Shown here: positions 10,699 through 21,425 of the stretch, piece after piece
Layout of the letters: each line of letters opens with the position of its first letter
Numbering within the stretch: position 1 is the stretch's first letter
Position numbers and translations under genes: made by a program
Origin: Thraustochytrium aureum
Lineage: Eukaryota
Reading direction: 5' to 3'
DNA length: 55,731 nt
Assembly: GCA_012862495.1 (NCBI GenBank)
Contig: BLSG01000124.1
Span: 21,756 to 77,486 of the forward strand
The notes under the pieces: generated by a model
Seen by the model: only the letters and a program-made list of their open reading frames with translations
Told to the model about the DNA's origin: nothing
The model's database searches: none

Positions 10699-12017
10699 GC
10701 CTCAATAACCGCCAAACACTGGTCAAACTCGCTCTGACGCACATACAGGCGAAACAAAAGCAGCGAGNNNNNNNNNNNNNNNNNNNNNNNNNNNNNNNNN
10801 NNNNNNNNNNNNNNNNNNNNNNNNNNNNNNNNNNNNNNNNNNNNNNNNNNNNNNNNNNNNNNNNNNNNNNNNNNNNNNNNNNNNNNNNNNNNNNNNNNNN
10901 NNNNNNNNNNNNNNNNNNNNNNNNNNNNNNNNNNNNNNNNNNNNNNNNNNNNNNNNNNNNNNNNNNNNNNNNNNNNNNNNNNNNNNNNNNNNNNNNNNNN
11001 NNNNNNNNNNNNNNNNNNNNNNNNNNNNNNNNNNNNNNNNNNNNNNNNNNNNNNNNNNNNNNNNNNNNNNNNNNNNNNNNNNNNNNNNNNNNNNNNNNNN
11101 NNNNNNNNNNNNNNNNNNNNNNNNNNNNNNNNNNNNNNNNNNNNNNNNNNNNNNNNNNNNNNNNNNNNNNNNNNNNNNNNNNNNNNNNNNNNNNNNNNNN
11201 NNNNNNNNNNNNNNNNNNNNNNNNNNNNNNNNNNNNNNNNNNNNNNNNNNNNNNNNNNNNNNNNNNNNNNNNNNNNNNNNNNNNNNNNNNNNNNNNNNNN
11301 NNNNNNNNNNNNNNNNNNNNNNNNNNNNNNNNNNNNNNNNNNNNNNNNNNNNNNNNNNNNNNNNNNNNNNNNNNNNNNNNNNNNNNNNNNNNNNNNNNNN
11401 NNNNNNNNNNNNNNNNNNNNNNNNNNNNNNNNNNNNNNNNNNNNNNNNNNNNNNNNNNNNNNNNNNNNNNNNNNNNNNNNNNNNNNNNNNNNNNNNNNNN
11501 NNNNTGTCGTCCCACCTCGCCGCTCACAAAACCTCTTGTGACATAGATTGCGAGGCGGGTTGAAATCGTGACAGACACACGCACCTCATCGCCGGGCACT
11601 CGCAACCACGAAGCTCTGGCACAGATCCTGCCTGCCTCAAGGTTGGTGAAGGAGGAAGGCAAGTAGAGGAGTACCTGCTCTTCGCTGGTTGACACAGCCG
11701 CCTTGATGGGGGCGACGACGTGGGTTTTGCGCGTCGCTCTTCGCCGCATCCCAGCAAGCAGAGATTCCACGCGCGAGAAAAGTGCCGTAACTCGTTGCAT
11801 TTACATCCTGTCGCGTCGGGGCTGCTGCTCCTTCGGCGAGAAAGCACGGCAGCGGAATAACACCGGCTACACCCCGCAGGCCCAGTGACGTGACATAGCG
11901 CTGACGTCAGCATGGCAAGGCGTGACGCAAGTGCTTCCTTTCAATCAATCAAACGAACACACACGCCGCCGACGGCGCTCTGCTTCGAGTGGGCTGAAGG
12001 CGCGATCTTCACTTTCC

Positions 12018-13221
12018 TCAGAGCCGAGCGCCAAGGTCCGGGACACGGAGGGTGCCGACGCCCTTCGAAAGCGCTCCTAGCGCGCCGAGATAGCCTTCGT
12101 GGCGGAAAAAAACAGCTTTCTGCTCGCCCTTGCTCCAAAAGTTGGTCGCGTAAGACAAGGTCCGCATCGCGATCGCGTTCCGCTTGTGCAGATGGAGCTC
12201 GGCCGAGCCGCCAAGCTGCACGGAGGACCGCTTGATCTGCTTGCCAGAGCGCGCGAGAAAGTTGCCGGTGAAGACGATGCGCGTCGCGCCGCGCGCCTTG
12301 GCGTGCAAGTGCGCGAGGGCCGCGACGTTCATGGAGATCATGACCAGCGTGGACAGCGCAAGGTCGCCCTTGGAGGCCATGCGACGCGCGCGCTTGTCGA
12401 TGGCCTTGCCAAAGCTCGAGGCCAGCGTGGTCGGCCGCAGCCCGTAGAGCGCCTTGGTGTCGTCGCCGTAAATGTCGCGCACGAGCATGTCGATTCGCCC
12501 GCTGTCGCCTTCCGCGGCAAGGTCGATGGCCCGGTCGAACTGGTCCACCCCGGTCAGCAGGGCCACTAGGCCCAGGAACGTCGAGCCGCCCAGCGAGCTA
12601 CCGCCGACGCGCTCATAAGTCGTGTCGGTGCAGTGCAAGAACGAGACGCCGCTGCCGACGCTAACGACGAGGAAGCCCTTGCGCGCATCCAAGCTGGTGG
12701 GCACCGGGGTCAATCACGGCGCGCTCGCCCCCCCGCGCGCCAGCAAAGTGGACATTGCGCAGCGAGAAAGACTCGCCCGGGAACGCGCTCAGCAGCCGCA
12801 GCCCGATCACCAGGCTCTCCATCTCGTCGTGGTGCGCGAGCTGCAAGCCCAGCTGCTGGATCTCGCGCTCAAACTTGTACGCGCCGCCGCCCGTTGCATG
12901 CACCGGGGTTCCCTTCGGGATGATCCCCAGGAGCTGAATCGCCTTGCCGGCCACGAGCGCCTTGCTGCTCAGGAACTTGAGGAACAGCAGGCTGCCGCCT
13001 TCGACCTGCATCGAGAGGTCGTTTTCGACCCACGCTGTTTGCTGCAGCATGCGCTTGACCTTTTGCGCGTTCGCCGCGCGCATGCTCTGCACCGAGCTCT
13101 CGTAGGCCTGCTCAAGGTGCGTTTCGCGCGGCACGAAGAGGACCGTCTTTGCGAGCGTCCCGCCAATGTCCAGCCCGCACGTCAACCCGGCGGCCGAGGT
13201 CCAGTCCACGCGTAGGGCCAT
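12018..13221 (-). CDS. PANK: Type II (fumble) pantothenate kinase, one frameshift near 12712
   Basis: Motifs GLDIGGTLAK, ATGGGAYKF, DEMESL, VSVGSGVS, RVGGSSLGGSTF, DMLVRDIYG, LASSFGK, GNFL and HEGYLGALG, split across ORFs 12661-13377 and 12018-12713. Confidence 0.92.
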
Positions 13222-13727
13222 CCCGGCTTTTCTTGGCTGCGCGTTTCCGCCTCGCGCGGCCGGCCCAGGCCAGGCAGGGGCTCGCTCGGCGGCTGGGTGT
13301 GCTGACTGTTCCGCGATCCTAGCGCCGCGCTTCCGCGCGCCCTGCACGACGGGGCGGCCCGAGAGCCAGCCAGCCAATAACCCAGCGAGCCAGCCAAGCC
13401 ACGCAGCTAGCCACCCAGCCAGCCAGTCAGCGCGCCGCTGACGGGCAGTGCGTCGGCCGGGACGACGCCGCGCGGCCGCGAGCTCGGCGATCTGGCTCGG
13501 TTTCGAGGCATTTTCCGGGGAGCGGACCGAGCGCTCGCCTCCCTTTCAAAGGTTGCCCAGCAAAAACTCGCAAGCTCCGAGCCAGCGGGCCGGACCAAAG
13601 GCGCCGCGTGCAAGGCCGCGCTTCGCGGTCGGGGCACAAGGGCGATTCTGCACACATTTCTTCCTGCCAGTGTCTTCAGAAACAAAAGAGGGCCGGCAAG
13701 CTTGCCTTGCGGCGCCGAGCTCAGCGC

Positions 13728-14593
13728 TCAGGCCGGCTGGGCGCCAGCTACTGCCCGCGCAAGTGCGCCAGCTATTGCCGGCTCAAGTGCGCCAAGGCGG
13801 GCCACCATCAGCGCGACGAGGTCTTCGGCGCGCTCCTCGCTCTCACACTCGCGCGCGATGTGGCCTTCGCTCCCGCAAGAGTTGCAGAGCGTGTGGTCAA
13901 ACTTGCAGTGCTCGCCCTTGAGGCAGCCCCTGGAACTGTAGTTGTAGAAGCGGCACAGTTGGAGGCCGTCCGGCGTGAAGCGCTTCGGTGCTCGCAGCGC
14001 GAGAACCTTTCCTGGGGGTAGCGCTGTCTGTTGTGCTCGCGGCGGTCAATGACCTGCCAGACAGAGCGCACCTCCAGCGCCTTCCACCCTGCAGCGTCGA
14101 CGCCGGTCTCGAGCGCGGCCGCATACAGCTCGGTGCTCTTGGCGACCATGAGCGTGGGGCGCAGCTCGCGCTCCAAGCACGGCAGCAGCGCTACGAGGCT
14201 GGCCAGCTCGCGATTGCCGTTGATGTCAACAAAAACGGCGATCTCTGGCGGTTTGCTCATTCCCGGGGCGGCTGCGGCGATGGCGGCTTTCACGATGCCC
14301 TTGAGCCGCCGCCACTCGAGCAGCGCGTCAAGGAGCAAAATGTTGGCCACTGTCCCGACACGGTTCTTGGCGTGCTCGACGAACTCTAGAGAGACGTCAA
14401 TGGCGACGACACGGCCAGGGCCAAGCCGCTTTACCAGACGCTGGGTGCAGGCGCCGAACGCGCACCCGATCTCCAGGACGAGGTGCGCGTCAGGGTCGAG
14501 CAGCATGGTCGCTTTTCTGAACTGCGCCGTGTCGTGGACAATAACGCCTAGCGGCGCGCCGCTGTACACGTGACTTGCAACGAGGTCGTCCAT
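13728..14593 (-). CDS. Class I SAM-methyltransferase-like domain + CCCH zinc finger + CCHC zinc knuckle (frameshift near 14010)
   Basis: Motif I LVLEIGCAFG and motif II VVAIDVS. After a 1-nt shift the reading is CRFYNYSSRGCLKGEHCKFDH (CCCH) then CNSCGSEGHIAREC (CCHC), with a stop at 13728-13730. The 5' end abuts an N gap. Confidence 0.75.
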
Positions 14594-15024
14594 TTCCNNN
14601 NNNNNNNNNNNNNNNNNNNNNNNNNNNNNNNNNNNNNNNNNNNNNNNNNNNNNNNNNNNNNNNNNNNNNNNNNNNNNNNNNNNNNNNNNNNNNNNNNNNN
14701 NNNNNNNNNNNNNNNNNNNNNNNNNNNNNNNNNNNNNNCCCCGCGACCGTCTGCCAGCGCACGGCGCCATCTGAAAGCCCAGGGCCTGCGCCAGACCGCC
14801 CCCAGCAGGAGTCACGTCTGCAGCACCAGCGCCAGGGCCACTGGGAGTTGCCTCGCTTTTGGAGCTGTGCCCACGAGTCGCAGCATCACCGCCCTCCATC
14901 CCCGTCCAGCCCCACGCGGCGCGCCAGCCCCGCAGTGCCGTCCAATCGAAGCAGCACCAGCGGCACCAGCACCCCTTCGCCTCCGTCTGCACTGCAACTT
15001 GCAAGCGACAAACCTTCTCGCCAA

Positions 15025-15245
15025 ATCTCAATACCAAGTTTCAATACTCAGTGCACCTCGGTACCGAATCTCAATACCACATTTCAATACCACATTTCAA
15101 TACTCAGTGTTCAATACCAAGTTTCAATATTCAGTGCACCTCGGTAGCGAATCTCAATACCACATTTCAATACTCAGTGCACCTCCGTACCGAATCTCAA
15201 TACCAATTTCAACACTCAGTGCACCTCGGTATTGAATTTCAATAG
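15025..15245. repeat. AT-rich 43-bp minisatellite with internal TYTCAATAC sub-repeats
   Basis: Unit ATCTCAATACCACATTTCAATACTCAGTGCACCTCGGTACCGA starts at 15025, 15068, 15151 and 15194, with partial units between and after. Confidence 0.9.
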
Positions 15246-15639
15246 TCAACCACGCGGGACAAGCGATGCGGGTCAAGAGAGGCATCGTGGAGACGGAACG
15301 GGCCGGCCGGCCGCACAGAGCCCTGCCTGCCTGGCGCTGGCGAGTGCGCCCCTGCGGCAGCTGCTCGAGCGAGTTCTGCTTGCGCGGCGCGAGTTCTGCT
15401 GGCGTCGGGCGCGAGCTCTGCTGTTGTCGCGCGAGCTCTGCTGTTGTTGTCGCGCGAGCTCTGCGGGCGCCGGGCGGCCTCTCGAAGACGACTCGCGCGG
15501 CGCTCGTGCGTCTCGGTGGCCGAGCTGGCTGGCCGCTTGCGCGGGTTTCACGACGGGCCGCGCTCGGCTCGCACTGGCGGCGCACGGGCGGGCGACGGGG
15601 GGCGCGGGAGGGGAGGAGCGCGGCTGAGGTGGCGGCAGG

Positions 15640-16689
15640 ATGGCGGTGGTCGACCGCACGGACGAGTTTTTCAAGGCCGCGTCCGCTCACGTGGCAGCTG
15701 GCGTGCAGCCGCTGCCGACGCTGAAAGCCGGGAGCGGCAAGCATTCGCCGACGGAGGAGGCGCGACAGTTTACGAAGAAGGCCGCGGAGATCTCCAAGAA
15801 GATCCACCTCACGTCCAAGCGGCTCCAGCGGCTGGCTGAGCTGACTCGCGCGCAGGGGATTTTCGAGGACCCGGGGGAGGAGATTAACACCTTGGCAGCT
15901 CGGCTCAAGAACGACACGCAGTTCATCAAAGTGGAGCTGGACCACCTCCAGGCGTATCTGAAGAGCAACAAGCAGCTGGTTGGACCGAGTGCGAACGCGT
16001 CAGATCACTCGCAAACCGTCGTGGAGACGATGAAGATGCAACTCCACTCGACCGCAGTCGACTTCAAGTCCGTGCTGGAGGAGCGTCAAAGCTCCATGAA
16101 GAAGAAGAGCGATCGCCGCGGCCTGTTTGGGTCGCGGAGGGCACCGCTCAGCGTGCGGTCTGGCGTCGCCTCGGTGCCGCCGCACGACGGCTTGCCGCGG
16201 CCCGACGGTGTGTCGTCGTCGCCTAGCGCCATGGGGCAGCCTGGCGCAGCGCCCGTGAACGGGGTCGCGCTCCAGCACCAGTATAGCCAGCAACACCAGC
16301 AGGGGGGGCTTGGTGGGTTGCACGCGCCGGGGCCGGGCGCACAGGCAGCGGCATCGCTGGAGAGCGAACCGATGCCGCTGATTCAGCAGACGCACGTGAT
16401 GCAAGACGACCGGTACTTGAACAGCCGCGCCGAGGCGATGAGCTCGATCGAGTCGCACATCGTCGAGTTAGGGGGCGTGTTTCAGCAGCTCAGCCAGATG
16501 GTGGCCGAGCAGGGAACGATGGTGCAGCGCATCGACGACAACGTGCGCGACGCGCAGGACAACCTGGCGCAGGGCCACGAGCAGCTCATGGCGACATGGA
16601 ACAACTTGAGCGGGAACAAGTGGCTGGCGGCCAAGGTGATGTTTGTGCTGCTCTTTTTCGTGACATTTTTCGTGACGTTTCTGGCCTGA
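15640..16689 (+). CDS. STX5: Syntaxin-5/Sed5 (cis-Golgi Qa-SNARE)
   Basis: N-peptide DRTDEF, Habc region LQRLAEL..IFEDPGEEINTL, SNARE YLNSRAEAMSSIESHIVELGGVFQQLSQMVAEQGTMVQRIDDN, and C-terminal TM NKWLAAKVMFVLLFFVTFF. Confidence 0.95.
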   Translation: MAVVDRTDEFFKAASAHVAAGVQPLPTLKAGSGKHSPTEEARQFTKKAAEISKKIHLTSKRLQRLAELTRAQGIFEDPGEEINTLAARLKNDTQFIKVELDHLQAYLKSNKQLVGPSANASDHSQTVVETMKMQLHSTAVDFKSVLEERQSSMKKKSDRRGLFGSRRAPLSVRSGVASVPPHDGLPRPDGVSSSPSAMGQPGAAPVNGVALQHQYSQQHQQGGLGGLHAPGPGAQAAASLESEPMPLIQQTHVMQDDRYLNSRAEAMSSIESHIVELGGVFQQLSQMVAEQGTMVQRIDDNVRDAQDNLAQGHEQLMATWNNLSGNKWLAAKVMFVLLFFVTFFVTFLA

Positions 16690-17370
16690 GCATGCTTGGT
16701 CGGCCGCGCGCCTTGTTTCACTACGTTTTCTTTCTTTCGTTTCTTTCGTTTCTTACTTGTTTTGGATTGATTGAATTCAATCAACAGCAAATGAATCTCG
16801 AGGTGCGAGACAGCGGCCGCCTTTGCAGTCGCCTTCACTTCGCTGCGGCGCGCGGCGCTCGTCTTGCAGTCATCCCGTGCTCGCATACAGCTAGCNNNNN
16901 NNNNNNNNNNNNNNNNNNNNNNNNNNNNNNNNNNNNNNNNNNNNNNNNNNNNNNNNNNNNNNNNNNNNNNNNNNNNNNNNNNNNNNNNNNNNNNNNNNNN
17001 NNNNNNNNNNNNNNNNNNNNNNNNNNNNNNNNNNNNNNNNNNNNNNNNNNNNNNNNNNNNNNNNNNNTTGCAGTCATCCCGTGCTCGCATACAGCTAGCT
17101 AGCTATCCGTAAGCGAACGAGGCGGCCCCGTTGCCCTCGAGTTCGCGGGCGCTTTCTCGCTCGCTTGAGCGAACCGCGGCGAAGGCTCAGCACGCCCCGA
17201 ACGGGCTCGACGTTGCGTCCACCACAAGAGCGGCGGGCGTGGTCTGCGACAGCACTCCGGGGCGCTCAATGGCCTTTCCCGACAGTGCAGCCGCGGAGCC
17301 GGCCCTCGCCGCCGCCCGAGCTCATCGAACGTAATCTATCTAACTATCGCAAGGGCCGGGGGTCCGTCAG

Positions 17371-18272
17371 TCACAAGTCCCCGCTCTCCACGGCGCCCTT
17401 GAGGATCTCGTAGACGCCAAACTGGATCGCCGAGTTGGGCGCCATCCGACCAAGTACGGCGCGATGCCGCGAAACAGGCGCGCGAAGCCCTCCTCGCGGA
17501 TCGTCCTCGACCAGCAGTTCCAAGCCGACGTGTACTTAACCGGGGCCCCGTCAAGGCCCTGCATCTGCAAGAGGCGGCGCACGGTGTCGTTGGGAAACAT
17601 CACCAGGCCGGCCACCGCCCCAGCGAACGCGCCGCTCGTAAGCTTGGCGAGCCCCGACGTTTTGGGGTCAAGGTCAAAGTAGACGGTTTGCACGTTCACG
17701 CACCAGTCAAAAACGGCAAACTTGATGCCCTCGTATGGCAGCGACCCCAACAGGGTCGGCCCCACGCCGCGGTACCAAGACCGCAGCCCTTCCCTTTGCA
17801 GCATAGTCTTCAAAGTCCCGATGAGCTTGACTTGCGCGCCGTCCTTGCGCACGAGGCGGCCGGACATGCGCGTTCGCGCGACGTCCAGCGGGTATGTAGA
17901 GAGGCAGGCCGTCATGCCTGCGCTGGCGCCGGCAGAGAAAGACAACCAGAACGGGTACACTGGCCCGTTCTTGCCGGCGCCGCCGTCTATTCCGGCCGCC
18001 GTCGCGATCATGCCCTTGAACAGGTCGTTGCAGCTGAACAGAATCCCTCTGGACGGAAACACGCGCACGCAGTTGACAAAGTTGCCGCGCCACAGCCCGG
18101 CCACCCCTTCCTGCTGCACCACCATGGCGCCCGTTCTGTACATGGACCCGGCCCCGTGCCCAGTTTGCGCGAGGATCCGGACTCGTTCGAACGGAGCGAC
18201 AGCCGACTTGGCCACAGTGCCGGCCACGCCGCCCATCACCAGCCGCTTCGCCTGCATCTCCTTGCCCCCCAT
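17371..18272 (-). CDS. Mitochondrial carrier (SLC25), CoA/adenine-nucleotide carrier-like subgroup; frameshift near 17447
   Basis: Three carrier signatures: APFERVR, YPLDVAR and FPNDTVRR. Also AKSAVAP, GNFVNCVRVFP and LPYEGIKF. Adding one C restores PYLVRMAPNSAIQFGVYEILK..GDL*. Confidence 0.9.
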
Positions 18273-19024
18273 CTCTTCAGCCGCTTGGGCCGCCTCCGCA
18301 GCGCCAACAATTTCGGACGCGCTCCCTCGCCGCGCGGGTCTTCGTCATTGGTTTTGCACGTCTCCAGAGCGTGCGTGCTCCAGTGCTGGTCTGCACGACA
18401 GACAGCGCACAACGAGCTGTTCTCCGCAAAAAAACACTTTCGGCGATGTTGTTCTTGTAAGTAGGTGGTCACGGTGGTGGCAGGGTCGCGCGCGAAGCGA
18501 ACCGCGCCGCCCGCACAGCGTGCGACTTCGTTGAGCCTCGTCGCGTTTCCTTGGCGCTTCTGGCGCCGATGACGTGCGGATCGTTGCTCGCGGACGAGGT
18601 TCGATTTGGAGTCGTTTGGAGCGGTCTCGCGATTGCAACGAGGTGGCTCACCCGCCTCCCGCTGCCTCATCAGAGGCCCGTCTTTGACGGCCCCGCACTT
18701 TGCGCAGCCAGATCGAAGAGGGGCCGCGCCGAGCAACTCGCCCACCCTTCCTTTCTTCCCTCGCCCGCCCGCCAGCTCGCCAGCCGGCCAGCCGGCCATC
18801 CTTCCCAAGCGCTCAGATCATGCGCGCGTTAACGGTCAGCGAGCGCCTGCGCCGTCGCGCACTTGGCTCTGGCAAGGCTCATCGCGACAAGTCTCGACCG
18901 CAGGGGCAACGAGTCGCTGCTTTCGAGCACCGCCACATCCACGGACTCTCGCCACATCCATGGAGAGTCCTTGGAGGCCCAACCAACAACGCAGGCCCGA
19001 ACTCGATGTGATGCCTACGAGTAG

Positions 19025-19493
19025 GTACCGTCGTCGTTCGCCAGCGGCAACGGACACACAAAGAACTTGCGCAGCCCGAGGAACGCGAACGCGACTCCAA
19101 GCGACATCCAGCGACTCCCAGCGACTCTAGCAGCTGCGCGAAACAGGCAGTTCATCGTTGCACGCGATGACGCGTGCCTTCGCACTCCGTCGCCCTTTCC
19201 TCGGCGGCATTCTCCGCGCAAGCCCGGGTCTACNNNNNNNNNNNNNNNNNNNNNNNNNNNNNNCGTAGTACCGTCGTCGTTCGCCAGCGGCAACGGACAC
19301 ACAAAGAACTTGCGCAGCCCGAGGAACGCGAACGCGACTCCAAGCGACCTCCAGCGACTCCCAGCGACTCTCTAGAGCGACTCTAGCTAGCAGCTGCGCG
19401 AAACAGGCAGTTCATCGTTGCACGCGATGACGCGTGCCTTCGCACTCCGTCGCCCTTTCCTCGGCGGCATTCTCCGCGCAAGCCCGGGTCTAC
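19025..19493. repeat. Near-identical ~210-bp direct duplication flanking a 30-N gap (likely assembly overlap or two haplotypes)
   Basis: 19025-19233 is repeated at 19268-19493 with one substitution and a short insertion. Confidence 0.85.
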
Positions 19494-20339
19494 TCTCGCC
19501 CGCGAAACCCGACACACTCCGCTCGCACAATCCACGTATAACCCCGACGAGCCGCGCACCTTCGGGGAGCTGGGCGATGTGGACAGTGAGAGAGGGTTTC
19601 GCGCGCGCCGCAGCCGTATCGATCGTGGTGCGCGAGCGGCAGTCCGCTCGTGTGTCGGCAGCCAGCGGCACGCAGCACCGGCCGGAATCGAGCGCCCCCT
19701 CGCGCATCGCCACGTAACCCAACGCTCTCACCGGCAAGTAGAGTAGGTAGAGTTTCACTTGTAATTGACGCATCGCTTCGCGCTCCATTACACGACGCGA
19801 GAGCGAGAGATCGGAACCAGGCCCAGCCCCACAGACCCGCCGGCGCAACGGGTTTCACGCCCCGAACACTCCATACCCCTCGGGCGCCGAGGTGCCAGCG
19901 GCGCGCAGGTTCAAGAGAGAACGCAGCGCGCCGCCCCGGGTCCGGTGGGGCGCGCGCGGGCGGCGATGAAGCGAGATGGCGCGCAAACAAGAGCAGACCG
20001 AAGGGGAGGACAGGAGCCATGTCGTCAGTGATCACGACTCACACCATCAACATCGCACCATCCTCGCGGCGACCAGACCAGAAAGGCGCCGGTGGAGGAG
20101 GTGCCGGAGGTGAGGACGTAAGTAGTACATTCCGCCGATCGCGAGAGCTGTTCTCGGCAGTCCCGCAAGTGCAAGTGCGAAGAGCAGCTGTGCTCATCGA
20201 CCTTTGGGCATCGAGCATCGACATCGACCGTCGAGCATTGACCATTGAGCATCGACCGATCGGTATCGGACGTTTGTCTCGCCGGCATCGACAGAGTCGC
20301 GCGAGCGCGACTGGGGCGGCGAAGACGGAGGAAGCCAGG

Positions 20340-21219
20340 ATGGTCGTCGCGGAGCTGGCGCACGGCGCGCATATGGGCCTCGAAGCGAGGTGCCAAGGAC
20401 AGGCGCGCGACATGGTGCTCAAGAGCGAAGGGCTGGTGATTAAGAGGCAAGGAGGGTCCCCGGAGGCGCTCTGGGCGGGCGAGCAGCTGCACAAGGTGCC
20501 CGCCGGGAGCGGCAGGCTCGCCAAGCCGGTGCTGCAGCGCAAGCGGACCTCGCTGTTGAGGACCATCGAGGAGGTCGAGGAGAAGAAGCAGGAGGACGAG
20601 GACGAGCAGCTGCAGCAAGAGCAACAACAACAACAGCAAGCCGAGCTGCTGCTTCAGGGCCAGGCAGCGGTCCAGGCGCAGTCGGCCGAGGAGGAGGAAG
20701 CCGTGCTGCTCTCGGTAGTGGGCGAGTCGCTGGCGATGCTGTGCCGCCGCGAGAGCGTGAGCAAAGTGACCGCCTTCCAGGGCGCCAACGTGCCAGGGAT
20801 CTCGGTCCCGGACTACCTGCGCCGGCTCACCCGGTACCTGCAGGCCTGGAAGCCGACCGATGCCGCAAACCCGGACGCCGTGCCCATCGGCACGCGCTCC
20901 GTGGTGATGGCCATGCACTACATCGACCGCCTCGTGGCGAAAAAACCCGGGCCTCGAGATCTCTTGGCTCAACGTGCACCGGCTCTGCCTCGTGGCGTTC
21001 CTCATCAGCGTGAAGATCGTCGAGGACGTACCGTTCCCCAACTCGTTCTGGGCCAGGGTGGGGGGCATCTCGCTTGCCGAACTCAACCTGCTCGAGTCGC
21101 AGTTCCTGACAATGGTTGACTTTAGCGTCAACGTGGACCCGTCGAGCTTTGATGCTCTTCTTGCGCGCTTCCGCGCCATCGCGCTCGTGACCACGCCGGA
21201 GCAGCTCTCGGCCTGTTAG
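20340..21219 (+). CDS. PHO80/P(U)-type cyclin, frameshift at an A-run near 20943
   Basis: TAFQGANVPGISVPDYLRRL..VMAMHYIDRL, then after the shift NVHRLCLVAFLISVKIVEDVPFPNSFWARVGGISLAELNLLESQFLTMVDF. The start could extend upstream to ATG 20019. Confidence 0.88.
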
Positions 21220-21425
21220 AAGGCTCGTGTTGCGCGCCGGCGCCTGTACATACACTTTTAAAACTGGGAACGTGGGCCCGCCCCGTTCCGTCCAGACCTG
21301 GGCCTCGCGCCGCAGGTATGCTTGTAAGAAAACCAATACCATTTTTTGTCTGCTGTGAAATATTTGGGGCTTGGCCGGAGCGCCACCCACCAGCGCCAGC
21401 TTCAGAGCCCTCTCTGTCAGCGCCT

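Noticed and set aside
15025..15245. CRISPR array (GTTTCAAT-like repeats)
   Set aside because: Units are contiguous with no unique spacers, no cas genes are present and the context is eukaryotic. It is a minisatellite.
16864..17099. Identical 20-32-nt sequences on both sides of N runs (also ~51498/51710 and ~53492/53752) as target-site duplications
   Set aside because: The interior is unknown (N). Masked or collapsed tandem repeats, or scaffold overlaps, explain them without a mobile element.
19025..19493. LTR or biological direct repeat
   Set aside because: The copies flank a 30-N gap with no internal element. This fits a contig overlap or haplotype join.
20938..20950. Programmed +1 frameshift at AAAAAA in the cyclin
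   Set aside because: No adjacent stop codon or shared slippery motif with the other shifts. A homopolymer length error is simpler.
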